The notes: a model not told the origin generated them from the sequence alone. Counted from the first letter of the stretch, positions 34,225 to 47,432 are shown. The stretch is DNA of 64,000 nt from Somniosus microcephalus (GCA_052327205.1 CM126233.1:36146001-36210000), one strand, 5' to 3'. Numbers and translations: made by a program.

Positions 34225-34640
34225 TCCTCCCCATAGCTCAGTGGGTAAATGCACCGTGTGGTGCGGTACTGAGAAATTTAGATCAAAAGGTGCCAGGTTT
34301 GATCTTCAGTCTGTTCGGAGGTTACAGACAAGGTAATCCTGGAAATAGTTGGGTTGCCACCATTGGCCAGAGCTCCTGTAAGCTTATGGGGCCGGGGGCG
34401 AGAAATCAGGGGAGGGAAGACAAAACAGCCAGGGATCTGACTCCTAATGAGTATCCAGTGACCTCTGCTGAAAAATGTGCAAGTCAGAGGCAGAATTCAC
34501 CTCAACTGATGCTTTCGCAGTCCAATAGCCTGCCAACACCCTGAGTCTAGGCTTATGTGAAGAATGACCATTTGAGTGATACCCACAGAAGTATGTCCCA
34601 GCAAGATCCAAGCACCTCTAGGACAGGAGGGAAGAAAATT
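34225..34640 (+). mobile_element. Near full-length AmnSINE2-like SINE
   Basis: A-box TAGCTCAGTGGG, degenerate B-box GGTTTGATC, and body TATCCAGTGACCTCTGCTG...AATAGCCTGCCAACAC...TCTAGGCT..GAAGAATGACCA. Confidence 0.65.
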
Positions 34641-34819
34641 ATGGGGGACATAATTATTGCAGCTCATATTTTGACAATTAAGTCACACAATTTTAAAAAC
34701 TGACAGTTTTGACAGAAAATGGCTACAATTTAAATACTGTATTTATTAGATCCTTAACTAGCACGGTGTCACGCAAGCATTATGCTAACAGCTGCGAGTT
34801 GTTAGACTGTGATGCATAC

Positions 34820-34920
34820 TTTGCCTCCAGTGCGAGGGCAATGATTCCGGCAGCAAGAGGAGCGGAGGCAGAGGTTCCGGTGTGCGACTCTGTACATTTC
34901 TGTCTGAGATCAGTGGTAAC
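34820..34920 (-). CDS. FURIN: Furin coding exon (exon 10 equivalent; catalytic Ser)
   Basis: 101 nt, AG/GTATGC; [33 protein letters not shown](N). Confidence 0.97.
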
Positions 34921-35019
34921 CTAAAAACAGAAATAAAAGCAACTGTTGTTACGAGGCATACGAGCAACCAAGACATGCAAGTATCTCAATCAGGTGCTAC
35001 AAACCGCCACCAAGTGCTA

Positions 35020-35150
35020 GGAGTCTGAAATAAAACACACACACTGCTGGAAATGCACAACAGGTCCGTCAGCATTAGCTCTGACAAAGGGTCTCAATCA
35101 GAAACATTAAATCGTCTTTTTTGTTTCAGACCAGATATGCTTGCTGTGAT
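35020..35150. mobile_element. Degenerate palindromic Penelope-type mini-element
   Basis: tctgaaataaaac..gctggaaatgcacaacaggtc..cagcat..CTGACAAAGGGTCTCAATCAGAAACATTAA; decayed hammerhead core. Confidence 0.5.
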
Positions 35151-35479
35151 CATGGGAACACTCTCAAAAATGCATGATATAGCACTTATACTTGGTTTAT
35201 ACAGTGTCCTCCCTGCTCCAACATTCAAGTCTATCTAGATGACCCAAAACTAAAGGCAGTTTGTACCGAGGGCTGGTCAGACAGTTGTTGCACACCAGCT
35301 GGTATTAATTAGCAACACACCAGAGGCTTACACAGGATGGGGTGGGAAAGAGATCAAAGTGCTCTCGTTCTGCAGCCACCACAGCTTTTAATGGGATAGC
35401 ACCACTGTGACTGTGTCTCATTTGTTGGAAACTTGCCTTATTGCATATCCAAAATAAAAAAAAATGTGCTTGTGATTGT

Positions 35480-35860
35480 CTCCCTTCCTAGAGGACACCG
35501 ATTCTAGCTGGGCAAGGAATCACAGTTACTGGTCATCCTCAGGTGGCCATTTTACACACACCAGCTCAAAACAGAGTGTCAACAGCCTATTTGACCGTGA
35601 TATGTATTGCAACCAAACCGGATGCTGTTTTCACCGGACATCAGCACAAGTCACCTGACAGCAACCAGGAGTGGGAATCCTGGCCGATTTTTACCTCCGT
35701 AAGAGACCCGAAGACCCATTGTAGCATCTTAACTGCTGCCCATTTCATATTTTAACTCAGAGACTGGAGATCAAACAAGGTTTGATCTGAAATGACCTCC
35801 TAGTCTGTGAAAGCATTGTTACTACATTGGAAGGAGCCTTTATACACTGGGCATTGGGAC
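35480..35860 (-). mobile_element. AmnSINE2-like SINE
   Basis: Blocks caggtggccatt, gagtgtcaacagcctatttgacc and gcaaccaggagtgggaatcctggccgattttt. Confidence 0.6.
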
Positions 35861-36392
35861 AATGGTCAGTGGAAATTTGAAAAGAGAACTCCATCTTTTC
35901 AAGCAAAACAAAACTCTTCACACTTTCAGGATTGAACAGCAGGTCAATAACAAGTCACGCAAAGGGTTTTCAGAAAAATCAACTGAAACTTAAAACAGAA
36001 GGATGAGACATGATTGAAGTTGCTTGAACACAATTGTAGACTGCTTAAATACACAAAAGCCTCTTATTAAATTACCAGTTAAGGAGAAGCAAAAAACAGA
36101 TGAGTCATCAGAAACAATTCCTCTTTCTTCGAGAAATCGAAGCAGTCTGACTCACGGCTGCTGCATGCTTCTATTGTCAAAATGAATGCTGGCGAGATAA
36201 AAACCTTCAACTACCCCATACCCTGAGTACAGATAAAAGAAGCAAGCATGTCGATTCATATTACATGGCAGCATGCTTGAGGTAATGAAGCAGGAAAGAG
36301 ATCTGGAGATTTCAGTGGACATGTTTAAAAAAGGTGGTTCAGTGTTCACAGGCAGCAAAGAAAACAATTAAATTGTTGGGTGTATAGATAAC

Positions 36393-36512
36393 TAGTTCTG
36401 AAACGTTAACTCTGTTTCTCTCTCCACAGATGCTGTCTGACCTGCTGAGTATTTCCAGCATTTTCTGTTTTTATTTCAGATTTTCAGCATCCACAGTATT
36501 TTGCTTTTGTAT
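36393..36512 (+). mobile_element. Single-arm Penelope-type terminus (same family as 25664-25972)
   Basis: AGTTCTGAAACGTTAACTCTGTTTCTCTCTCCACAGATGCTG..GACCTGCTGAGTATTTCCAGCA; a further opposite-strand fragment lies at about 38061-38118. Confidence 0.7.
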
Positions 36513-37644
36513 TAGATAACTAAATTGTTGGGGTGTACAGATAACTAAGAGTGTGACTTCTATGTCTTAAAAAATGTTGTAGCTGGCCTTGGTAGGGCAG
36601 CGTCTGGAGAACTGCATTTGGTTTTGGTCTCCATATTGCAGGGAATATGTAGCGTTATTGGAGAGAGTCCAGGAGCACCAATTCCTGAATTCCAGGGGGG
36701 GGGATGAGTTAGCAGAGAAGATCGCCTAGCTGGGACTTCACTCTGAACAGCAGGATAAGAGGGAGGACTTGACAGAGGTGCAAGATATTCATAGGTGTGG
36801 AGAATCTCATCCAGGAAGGTACTGCTGTTAGGCACAGGATTCAAGGACTAGGCAACAGGATTCAAGGACTAGGCAACAGTGTTTAAAGTTCAGCGTGTCA
36901 AAATAAAAACAGGAAATTTAGGCTTTTTCTTTAAATAAAAGGGTGATAGAATTGTGGAACAGATTACCAGCAAGGGTGGTGGTAGAGAACCATGGCAGGG
37001 TTTAAAAACATGCATTAGTTACAGGATAATAGTAAGGAAACTAATGGGAGGTTTGAATGGGTAGGTTACAAAGCCCAAATGATCTTTTCCTAAAACATTA
37101 CAGTACTACACCTAACCTTGTCCATTACTACCAGTTCAAATGTAATTGCACTCGTTTCTCTTTCCTACCCCTGGCTGAGATGGGCTAACTGGCGGTGATT
37201 ATCCAACCTTAGGATGCACCACACAGTAGATTTCATAGAATACAACCATAGAATTTAAGCACAGAAAGGAAACCATTAGGGCTATCGTGCTTGTTCCACT
37301 ACCAGCTTCACTCAGCTGTCTATTCCAATCCAGTTTTTCCCTGGTCTCACTGCGTGCCCTTTAATATTCTTAAGAGGCAAGTAATCTGTTAAACGCCGTG
37401 ACGGAATTTGCTTAATAGCCACTTGTGTAATGTAAAGTAAAACCTGCATGTGAAAAAAATATTCAGGCAACATTATTAGGCTTTTACCCAATTAAAAAAA
37501 TAAAGTTTTATAATGCAACATTTTGAAAACGGGCACTGATTATTTCAACGTTATTGCATCTATAACTGAAAGCAGGCATCCAACAAAAAGAGTTTAGAAC
37601 TTTGGGCAACAATAAAACTTTAACATGGAGTAACAGCTACTTAC

Positions 37645-37857
37645 AATCTGTTTTTCAAATTGACCTCCACTGCTGTACGTAGTAGCAAGTGTTGAGGAGC
37701 ATGCCTCACTGTACCACGGCACATTCCCATTTTGAGTTGTGCTGCTGATTGAAAGGGTGTAAATACTGTTTGTGTATCCGTCACAGTTACAGCTGTCGCG
37801 CTCCCGGCCACCATTCCCAGAGGCCCACACGAATATCGAGCCCAGACGACCACGTCC
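37645..37857 (-). CDS. FURIN: Furin coding exon (exon 9 equivalent; oxyanion Asn)
   Basis: 213 nt, AG/GTAAGT; [71 protein letters not shown]. Confidence 0.97.
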
Positions 37858-38199
37858 CTGCAAATATTTAACCAAAACAAGTCATGACCGTACACCTTGT
37901 GAAGTCCAATCTTGTACTGTTGTTGAACAAAAATTATCCAAATATAAATTTGGGCTACAAAATTGTGCACGTTTTCAGAAATGCTTTTTGCAATCAAACT
38001 ACTTGCATAGAATTTACAGTATAGAAACAGGCCTTTTGGCCAAACAAGTCTGTTAGTAACAACAGCTGGAAACACTCAGCAGGCCAGGCAGCATCCGTGG
38101 AGAGAGAAACAGAGTTAAGTCTATGTTCGTGTTTATGCTCCACAGAAATGCATATTCCACTGTACATAACATATCCTGCACAAGTAATATTTACTTTAC

Positions 38200-38372
38200 C
38201 TGAGAAATGCCTTTATAGAATGCTGCCTGTGCGAGTTTAGCAGGTCCATCCACTGTCTTCCCATCATCTTCTGGACCCCAGCTGGCACTGTAGATGTCAA
38301 TGTGCTGAGGGTACATACTGAGGGACTGAGCTTCCACGGCATCAGTCACCTCTCCATCCAGCATTCGCACGC
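38200..38372 (-). CDS. FURIN: Furin coding exon (exon 8 equivalent)
   Basis: 173 nt, AG/GTAAAG; [58 protein letters not shown]. Confidence 0.97.
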
Positions 38373-38877
38373 CTACAGAATCCAAAAAAACACACAAGTT
38401 AAAATGGTTGGACAGCCCAGAACGAACCATAAGAAAGTCCCAGGTTCAAAACTTAGTTGACAAACTATCAGAGGGGAAGGGGTGCTACAGAACAGAATAC
38501 ATAAAAGGGAGAGGGAAGAGAGAAACTAGAATTTCTGCTCTTCTATTATCCTGGAATTCCTGCTGGAAACACACATGTAAAAATAGTGTGTGATGAGGCT
38601 GGGGATGGCAGCCTCCACTGGCGAAGAGCCTGCCAGCACTCTGTGCACGTGAGGAATGTGATCAATCGTAAAAAGCAGTAGTGATGCAGAGGGAAGTGCT
38701 TTAAGCAAGTACGTCCGATTAAATTTAAACGGCTCGGTGTTTTTTAAAAGTCATTTTAAGAGTAACATAAACCTATGACGGCCTGAGATTTCATACCCGG
38801 TCGAACAAACAGTAAACAGTCGGCCATGAGCCGAGTCAGCAAGTAGCTGGAGAGAAAGCATGGTTTGGGAGCAGTCA

Positions 38878-39085
38878 ACAACAACTACTTGCATTTATAT
38901 AGCGCATTCAACGTAGTAAAAATGCCCCAAGACGCTTCACAGGAGCGATTATCAAATGAAATCTGACACCGAGCCACATGAGGAGATATTAGGGCAGGCT
39001 TGGTCAAAGAGGTCGGTTTTAAGGAGCTTCTTAAAAGGAAGAGAGGTAGAGAAGCGGAGGGGTTTGGGGAAGGAAGTCCAGTGCA
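38878..39085 (-). mobile_element. L2 LINE 3' end
   Basis: caacaactacttgcatttatatagcgc...gacaccgagccaca..ggtcaaagagg. Confidence 0.75.
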
Positions 39086-40309
39086 AGAAAAGGTCATTCA
39101 ACCCATCAGACCCCTGCCATCCAGAGTCAGTGTATCTCATCACGTCTCCCCCCCCCCCCCCCCCAACCCATTGGTCCCCATCTTTGAAGCACTCAAGTCT
39201 AAAAATGACTGTTGCTATTAGCATGCACCATATTCCGTTATCCACAAGTTCAGTGGAGGAGTTAACTTTTAAAATAAACTGGTTGATGTCTATATTAAAA
39301 TAGTGGACAAAAGAGTGTATTACAAACACAAGCGTTTGACCGCTAATATCGCCAACCCGGGGGGGGGGGGGGGGGGGGGGAAAAAGAGAAGAGAGCGAAA
39401 AAAAAGAGGACAAAGAATTGTTTTTAAAAAATTGACCACCATTTTCGCCCCTGGGTGATATCCACTTTCCTGTTGGAAGTGCCGTGTAAAGATTGGACTG
39501 AACTGTATTGCCCTTCATGGTTAAGTAGCATGTTGACACTCACTAACAAGGCTCACACCTAAACAGCCACCATTTGGGCAATATTCCAGAGGCAGACTGG
39601 TGCCTGAGGTACTGACCCCAGCAAGGAGGGGAAGGGAGGGAAAATGCAAACTGAAAGTAGATACAGCGCTTTAATATTCCAACGTGTATTCTGGTGTTTT
39701 CGATTAAACTAATTGCAGTTGCAGATAATACTAAACAGACTCATGGTCGGAAAATAGGGCACTGCATTTTATTCCTCAGATGCCTTACAAAACTTCTACA
39801 ATTACCATTGGCATCAGCTAGTAAAAAGGCTTTACATCCTCATCAAACCGGTTTGCTAGCAACTGAAAGGCAATCTTGCTGCCTACCAGTTGATAATTCA
39901 CAGCAGTAACACACATGCTGCTGTACAAACACATGAACTTTAGGCTTGTACAGCAGCCTACATGTAACTGCCATGAAGAGTTAACATTCTGTATCATTTT
40001 AAATGGGGATATTTTGGGCAAGTTCTGCACCCACCACCCCCCCCTTGTTTATTCCCTTTTTCTGTCCACTTGACCTTGGTGCAACCAAGATGGTGAGGAC
40101 TCCACACTGCTCCAGGCCACCAATACCCCTTGTAGTTGGGCAGTAAAGACTCTCATCTAATTCCTTTAGCTCAATGCTTCCCACTCAACATGGCCCAGGT
40201 GAGAAATTCATTGCAGTGGGGCTCAAAACATGCATGTTTCGGGAGATGATATTCCTTGCTACGGCGTTTTTTTGTTGCGGAGATAAGTAAAAGCAAGGCA
40301 GTACATAAA

Positions 40310-40555
40310 TAAAACAACAATTTGTATTTATATAGCGCCTTTAACATAGTAAAATGTCCCAAGGCACTGCACAAGAGTATTATAAGGACAAAAAATGTGA
40401 CACCGAGCCACCTAACGAGAAATTAGGGCAGGTGACCAAAAGCTTGGTCAAAGAGGAAGGTTTTAAGGAACGTCTTAAAGGAGGAAAGAGAGGTGGAGAG
40501 GCGAGAGGTTTAGGCAGGGAATTCCAAAGCTTTGGGCCCAGGCAACTGAAGGCAC
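40310..40555 (-). mobile_element. L2 LINE 3' end
   Basis: ORF 40380..40574 AFSCLGPKLWNSLPKPL, a typical L2 ORF2 terminus. Confidence 0.8.
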
Positions 40556-40779
40556 AAAACTTCACACTAAACATAAGGAATGGCCTGTCACATAAGAAAC
40601 ATTACTGGAGGCAGTGGGGGGGGGGGGAAATAATTACACTCACACTGATTTATCCAGTGTGGTACTTACAAAAACGAGAATAATCTCAATGGTCTACACA
40701 CTGCATCCTCTTTAGTCTCGGTGCACGCCAGATTCTCTCAAACACTAAAAAGCATCTAATAGAACAAACCTATAACCCC

Positions 40780-41070
40780 CACGGGCTTAGCAGGTAAATG
40801 CACTTCCCCGTGATAGAGCCACACAGGCCAGCAAGTTCCCTGGTGCCGAGTTGGTGGATCTCAGTCAGGACTCGGTCTTTACAATTGACCTCACCGACTT
40901 TAGGCTAGTGTGTGTGGCAGGCAGATTTAAAAAATAAATAAATTTCATCCAGGGCTCTTGCTTCTGATTGCGGAGACGCTGAACGGGATCGGATCTAGCA
41001 ATGATGCCCCAAATAGTCTGCCAGCGTTAGTTAATAAATGGCCAGTTGGGCTTTCACCACTAATAGAATC
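40780..41070 (+). mobile_element. AmnSINE2-like SINE (degenerate)
   Basis: ggtaaatgcact..gagccacacagg..gagtt..ggatctcag..acaattgacctca..aatagtctgccagc. Confidence 0.5.
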
Positions 41071-41152
41071 ATATCCCAGCAAGAATAAGTGTCTTCAGGA
41101 GAGGTTGGGGATGGGGGTAGAAAGAGAAGAATTAAACACAGTTGATACATAC

Positions 41153-41241
41153 CTCCAATTCTGGCATTGTATGCCACCCCCACACCACAAATCCCATTGT
41201 TGGCAGCAGCTGCCACCTCACCAGCACACCGTGTCCCATGT
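41153..41241 (-). CDS. FURIN: Furin coding exon (exon 7 equivalent; catalytic His)
   Basis: 89 nt, AG/GTATGT; [29 protein letters not shown] (ORF 41031..41270). Confidence 0.97.
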
Positions 41242-42139
41242 CTGTGAAGAAATGGCAAACACAAGAACACGACATATCATTCATTGTTCAAGCTATTACA
41301 CAAACAATTTATTTTATAAATGCATTTTCACATCCCCGCCTTCTCCTATCCCTTTCACTCCCATCTCCGTACAGTGCCTTTACACAGGCGCCATCAGCTG
41401 AAATGTGGAGCAACCCCCAGGGATCCCCCTGCAATAATCAATGCCAGTGAAACCTCATTGCACCGATGTGGTGGGGAGGGCAGAACAATTTATCAGAGTT
41501 GCCCTCACCTGGGTTTGAATCCCTCTGTTACCAAGTTTGTTACGCATCGTCAGGTCTGCAAGCAGCAGCGATAAACTTGCAATCAGTGGAACTTAATCCC
41601 AGTGTTACCAAAATGCTCCGTCCAGACAACCCATGCTGGAAGGACAGAATCTATAATTGCACTGTTTGGTGCTTTTCATTTTGAGAGAGAATTTCACACA
41701 CCCACCATTAAGAGTTTTACTGAAATTCCAGTGACAACACTAATTCACTGTTGCCTAATAGTAAGGTCCTTCTGGACAAGTACCAATTAAGACAAAACAA
41801 GGCAAATCTCATTAGCTTTCTTTTCAGAAGTCAGTTTATTTTCTACATTGAATTGTCCTACTTTCCTAATGCTGCTTACATGTTGCTGTTAAGTGCCAGG
41901 AGATTGGTACTCGAGCAGAGACCCCCGACCAACAAATGCTGCTCTCCTTGCCTTTTCCTTACAGTAGCCCTCGGGATCCTTGAAAGTGGTGCCAGGGATG
42001 ACCTGAAATTCAGGTCATTTACACTAGGGGTCTGGATCCTACAGATCTAATACGGTCACCAGATTCCTGTATTTGTCTATATGTGTTGACTTATTAGCAC
42101 GTTAATTCTGTTGCTATACACCAACAGTTTTTTCGTAAT

Positions 42140-42635
42140 CAGAATAGTACAGCACAGAAGGAGACCATTCGGCCCATCGAGTCAGCGCCGGCTCTTTCGA
42201 AGAGCAATCCAGTCAGTCCCACTCCCCGCTCTTTCCCCATATCCCTGCATTTTTTTCTCCTTCAAGTATTTATCCAATTCCCTTTTGAAGGCTACTGTTG
42301 AATCTGTATCCACCGCCCTATCAGGCAGCGCATTCCAAATCCTAACCACTCAGTGCATGAAAAAGTTTTTCCTCATGTCGCCTCTGGTTCTTTTGCCAAT
42401 CACCTTAAATCTGTGCCCTCTGGTTATCGAGCCTTCAGCCATTGGAAACAGTTTCTCTTTATTTACTCTATCTAAACCCTTCATGATTTTAAACCCCTCT
42501 ATCAAATCTCCTCTTGGCCTTCTCTGCTGTAAGGAGAACTCCAGCTTTTCCACATAACTGTAATCCCTCATCCCTGGAACCATTCTAGTAAATCTCTACT
42601 GTACCCTCTCCAAAGCCTTCACGTCCTTCCTAAAG
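42140..42635 (-). mobile_element. CR1 LINE 3' fragment
   Basis: ORF 42350..42583 MVPGMRDYSYVEKL..RGDLIEGFKIMKGLDRVNKEKLFP..TRGHRFK. Confidence 0.9.
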
Positions 42636-42822
42636 AAATGATAACAGTTTTCCTGTGGATAGCCAGCAGTCCTTTGGAAATTAGGACAGGGGTTCCCAGG
42701 GGTCCCCCCACAGGGAAACACCTGAAAACCACTGATATTGAGATGCGGTCACCTGCTGAAGTAAAATCATTTAAAAACCCCTAGATTCACCCTGCAGCAG
42801 GTCTTTCACTGCAGTGACCTAC

Positions 42823-42899
42823 CGGTTGTCATTGAGCTGTGTGTAACGAGGCTGAGGATCAGGGTCATTATTGTTCACATCGTAACTGGCACCTGGATC
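42823..42899 (-). CDS. FURIN: Furin coding exon (exon 6 equivalent)
   Basis: 77 nt, AG/GTAGGT; DPGASYDVNNNDPDPQPRYTQLNDNR. Confidence 0.96.
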
Positions 42900-43718
42900 C
42901 TGGAATAGGAAAGGAAAAGAAAACGCTGCTTTAGTTTCCTCTTCCCTATGTATCGCCAAACAGTGCCCCCCAGCAAGAACAAAGGATCGGATCTTGGTCG
43001 ACTCCTGCTAGCACGCTGTCAAAATTACTGAATGCTCAGTGATACCAACGGAGCAGAGACCGGTGAAAGGTAGTCAAGCAGACTTAAATATCAGACAACA
43101 CTGCTTTTTAAACTCATCTTTCGTCTACACCCCCTTCCCCCAGGTCCGGAAGTCAATAATGCATCACTAGAGTTTTTCATACTAAAGGGGAGGGGGAAAA
43201 TCAGGGCATAGAGAAAGGAGAGTATTTTTATTCAATGTACTAACTATGTTTGCTTCATCATGAAATTGGACATCAACTTTAAAAGTGAAATATTTGCCTC
43301 AATGTAGACGGAGCAGGCTGAATCTCCTTCACCCTGCTGAGCTGCTTGGATATCACAGACGTGCACTGTCCTGGAGCAGCTCCATTAAATGTGAAGAGGA
43401 TCTTAGCATCAGAATTTCTGGAGAGCCAAACGACCCACGCAAGCTTTGAGCTGATATTTTTTGGCAGTGAGCGGGTAGGGTTATGCATTGCAGAATTATT
43501 CACTGTTTATTGTGAACAAGTTAAACTCAGCTTTTATCACATGGGATTCTATGATTTTTTTCCCCTCAGTATTTTGGGGGACATTACACAATTCCATTTT
43601 TCCCCCTGAAAACCAGAAGTCTTGTTAATTAGCATTCCTTTTTCGCAGGATTAGGGTAGCTATTGTTAGTTTGAGTCTCTGGTACCAGCCTGAAAATATA
43701 ATAAATAGATCTACTTAC

Positions 43719-43847
43719 ATAATTAACTGCCAGGTCTGGATGATTCTTCTCAATTCCATCATCCAGAATAGAGACTACAACACCTTTCCCAGTATAACCC
43801 TGCTTCCAGGCATCTTGCACATTCAGGTCATGGTGATTCGTGTTATG
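43719..43847 (-). CDS. FURIN: Furin coding exon (exon 5 equivalent; catalytic Asp)
   Basis: 129 nt, AG/GTAAGT; [43 protein letters not shown] (overlaps ORF 43629..43820). Confidence 0.97.
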
Positions 43848-45546
43848 CTAGAAAATAGAAAAACATAGCAACAGTCAGCTGCCCTGCTTTACTTCACAAC
43901 AGTTTGAAGTTTTAATCCCAGCTTCAAATTGACTGTTAAATTAACATCCCTTTTGCCTTTGCCTTCTCCTCTAACTTTGCTCCCATTTCTTGCTGAGGGT
44001 CCTCAGATTTCTTTGAAAAGTTCCTTAGGACATTTTATGCGAAAGGTGCTATATAAATAAAGTAGTTGATGATTTATCTGGAATGTGAGCACTTGAGCAC
44101 GGTGTGCTGTTTTATTATCCACATTAGGTGGTACAACACAGCCGATTTAAACCTGAACACTGAATATGTACAAACTGACAATTTAATAAATGCACAAGAT
44201 TTATTTCCTTAGTGGATCGGTGGAATTATTACTGACTACACTGCGTAAACCTGGCCGATACCATCCTGGACATATTACAAGTGAAATGGCTCACAAATAT
44301 GTCACATTTGTTATTACCTAATCTACCTCACGCAGGTAGTGGTTTTCAATTAAGTTAATGGGCAAACAATGAACCGATTCTGAAAAACCAAGTTAAAAAC
44401 CCACCAGAAACAGTATATAGGTCAAAGCAAATCAGGAAGAGAGACACATATTTAGCACCCTAGGATACTTGTACAGGGCTTGTCTAAAAGTGCTCTTAGA
44501 CCATGTCAAGATGCATCTCTGAATTCCCATGGAGCCAATTAACCAACTGTGCACAAAACAGATCTAGAGCTTAAAAATCACACCAGCCCTAACCAAATGC
44601 ACTCCTGCTGGGTCTGTCTGAACAGGAAAACTATTTACAAGTTCAAGATTTGCTGAGTTCTTTGTACATTACACATTAATATGGGAAAGGGGGAATTAAC
44701 TAATACAGGTGATCAAAAATTACTTGGGAGCAAGGTTAAGGAGATAGTTAAATTATTTAAGGGGGGGGGGGGGGGTGTGAGAGCAGTTGCTGACGGCTGC
44801 TTTCTCAGAACTTCAAAGCTCCCAAGATTCATCAATCCTGGACAAAAACGTAATGCAAAACACATTGCTACAAACGTTGTGCTACTTCAATGGTCCAGTC
44901 ATAGGAACATAGAAACAGGAGGAGGCCATTCAGCCCCTTGAGCTTGTTCAGCATTCAATTAGATCATGGTTGATCTGCATCTTAACTCTACCATCTACCT
45001 GCCTTGTTTCTGTAACCCTCAATTCTTTTGTCCAACAAAAATCTCAGTTTTAACATTTTCAATTGACCCCCCCCCCCCCCACTGGCCTGAACAGTTTTGG
45101 GGGGGGGGGGGGGGGGGGGGGGGGAGGAAAGAGAAAGAGTTTCAGATTTCCCTTACTCTGTGAAGAAGTGGTTCTGACATCACTTGACTGGCCTAGCTCT
45201 AATTATAAGATTAGTCACTGGGATGTTTAACAGTAAAAAGGATACTTTCCCAATAAACAAAAGTCCACAAAATCTCTGAAGACAGCTACAGTGTTACATA
45301 AAATTAACAAATAGTCTTCTCAAACTCATCCGCACTATTTGTTTCAATATTCTTCCATTATAACTTGTTCCACAACCCCCATTCCTCTTTCGGTTTCTAA
45401 AAAAGAGTCTGCTGATTTCCTTACTTCCCCCTTGCAGTTCGTGGTATGGGAATCCTTCACCATAGTGATCAAAGGACCTTGGAATCACGGGGGAGAATTT
45501 GCATCTTTCCATGCCGGTGCCGCATAATGCAAAAAATACTACTTAC

Positions 45547-45642
45547 CAGGTACCACTGCAGCGAAAATTTGGGGTCATTTAGTTCTGTGTAAATATCCCG
45601 CTTTGTTCTTTTCTTAATTACTTGCTGTTCCAGCCATTTGAC
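45547..45642 (-). CDS. FURIN: Furin coding exon (exon 4 equivalent; pro-cleavage site RTKR|D)
   Basis: 96 nt, AG/GTAAGT boundaries; VKWLEQQVIKKRTKRDIYTELNDPKFSLQWYL. Confidence 0.97.
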
Positions 45643-46665
45643 CTATTTACAAAAATAAAACTGCATCTTAGGAAAAAGTAACAGTAAACTATTCATCTAA
45701 AAGATAAGCAATTCTGTTTAACCAGATTAAAAACACATCTAGTGTACAAATTGAAGGGGAAGGAAAGGGTGGCAGATTTTACATTCTGTTCAAAGCACTC
45801 CACCCATGTCTGAAAAATTTACAAATAATGCATTATTTAAAAAAAATATATAAAAATGGTTCAAAGTTTGTTGGCCCAATGGAAACGCAGCATTTTACAT
45901 CTGCTCCTTTCCAGATCACTACATATATTGAATGGCTGACATTCATTTTAACTGGAGAGACAATGTCAGCCGGATCAATTAAGCCATAACTACCAGACCT
46001 CAATGACAGCTACCAGCTGGGCATGCTGCGCACCCAGGCCATAACCGAGGGGTTTGGACAATATCGAACCACAAAGAGTGTCTCAAATTATCGGTATCTG
46101 AACCCTCCCGACATTATTACCTGCGATCACTCCTCACTCTACATTATTTCTTAATAAATATAATGAACTGTGAAGCCGAGGGCGGGGAGAAACGTTTCCG
46201 TTCCATTCAGGTTTTTGCTATTATGAAGATCGGCTGTCTACATGTTGTGGTATTCTCACCGAAGGAACAATTGTGACAAAGTCGCTGCACGTTTAGAGCA
46301 ATTGCCTGTTGCGTAAAAGGTAAACTAATTAATACAAGATTTCCATCTCTGCCCCGATATTGGACAGGTAGGAAGATCAGGTGAATTCACAGCAGCCACA
46401 CGTGGCAGCACTCTGATGACGTGCTACAAAAGTGGGCTTAACGGCATCTGTGGACAGTTAGTTAGATTTGCTTGGAGGCCAGCCCAAGAAGCCCAGGTCA
46501 CAAGGTTAGCAGTACTGGCAGTGAACACTTTAGAACCCGGCTGAGACTTTCATGGAGTGTCCTAATAGGCATTCGCATGGGCCACCCTTAGAACCTAAGA
46601 CAGAGCAAAGGCCCAAAATCACAGTTCTTCATCTGATCAAAAACATTCTTTTCAAGATGCTGGAG

Positions 46666-46696
<31 letters not shown>

Positions 46697-47099
46697 CTTA
46701 CATAACATAAGAATTAGGGGCAGGAGTCGGCCATTCGGCCCCTCGAGCCTGCTCTGCCATTTAATAAGATCATGGCTGATCATCGACCTCAACTCCACTT
46801 TCCTGCCCGATCCCCATATTCCTCGACTCCCTTAGAGTCCAACCTTGGCACTAAGGAGTTCTATTCCTAGTGGGGTTTTCTCCTTTACCCAATCCTTGCA
46901 TTTCTTTTCAGCAATTCTGTACAAGACACTCCATTCAAATGTTAGTGTCAATTGTTCTATGACTCCCTCGTAGTCCTTGCCAGAAAAGTCAGTATTTAAG
47001 CTGATGAGAAACGCACAATAGAAATCATTTTACTGGTGCTGCATAAAACTAAACTATTAATAAGTTTTCCATCCCAATATTCCAGATAGAAATCAGTTA

Positions 47100-47432
47100 C
47101 AGGAAACTTTCGTTTATCCAGAGGTTAAATGTCCGGAAAGCTCTATCTACCAGCAAAATTCAGGAGTCGGTTCAGATCATTTTTTTTCTTTTCGTTGCTT
47201 CTTTTCTCCAGTCCTGGCTCTGCCAGCGTCTCTGTAGCTAAGCAACAGCTTCAGCTAGACACTTGCAAGTTGCGCCGACTGTTTTGAAGCTGTTGCTAAG
47301 CAACAGGGTTTGTTGCTTCACATGGAGCTCTGAGCTCCGTATGTTTTAAACATTAGCGCTGGTTTCTACAGCAGTTTTGATCTAACGGCACCAGCTCGGT
47401 CCAGTCGGTGCCGGATAGCAGAAAGTTTCCTG
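47100..47432. mobile_element. Tc1/mariner (Tigger/pogo-like) MITE with TA TSD
   Basis: TA|CAGGAAACTTTCGTTTATCC ... GGATAGCAGAAAGTTTCCTG|TA. Confidence 0.85.

Noticed and set aside
38952-39539. 195-aa minus-strand ORF
   Set aside because: It crosses homopolymer tracts and an L2 tail and has no domain signature.
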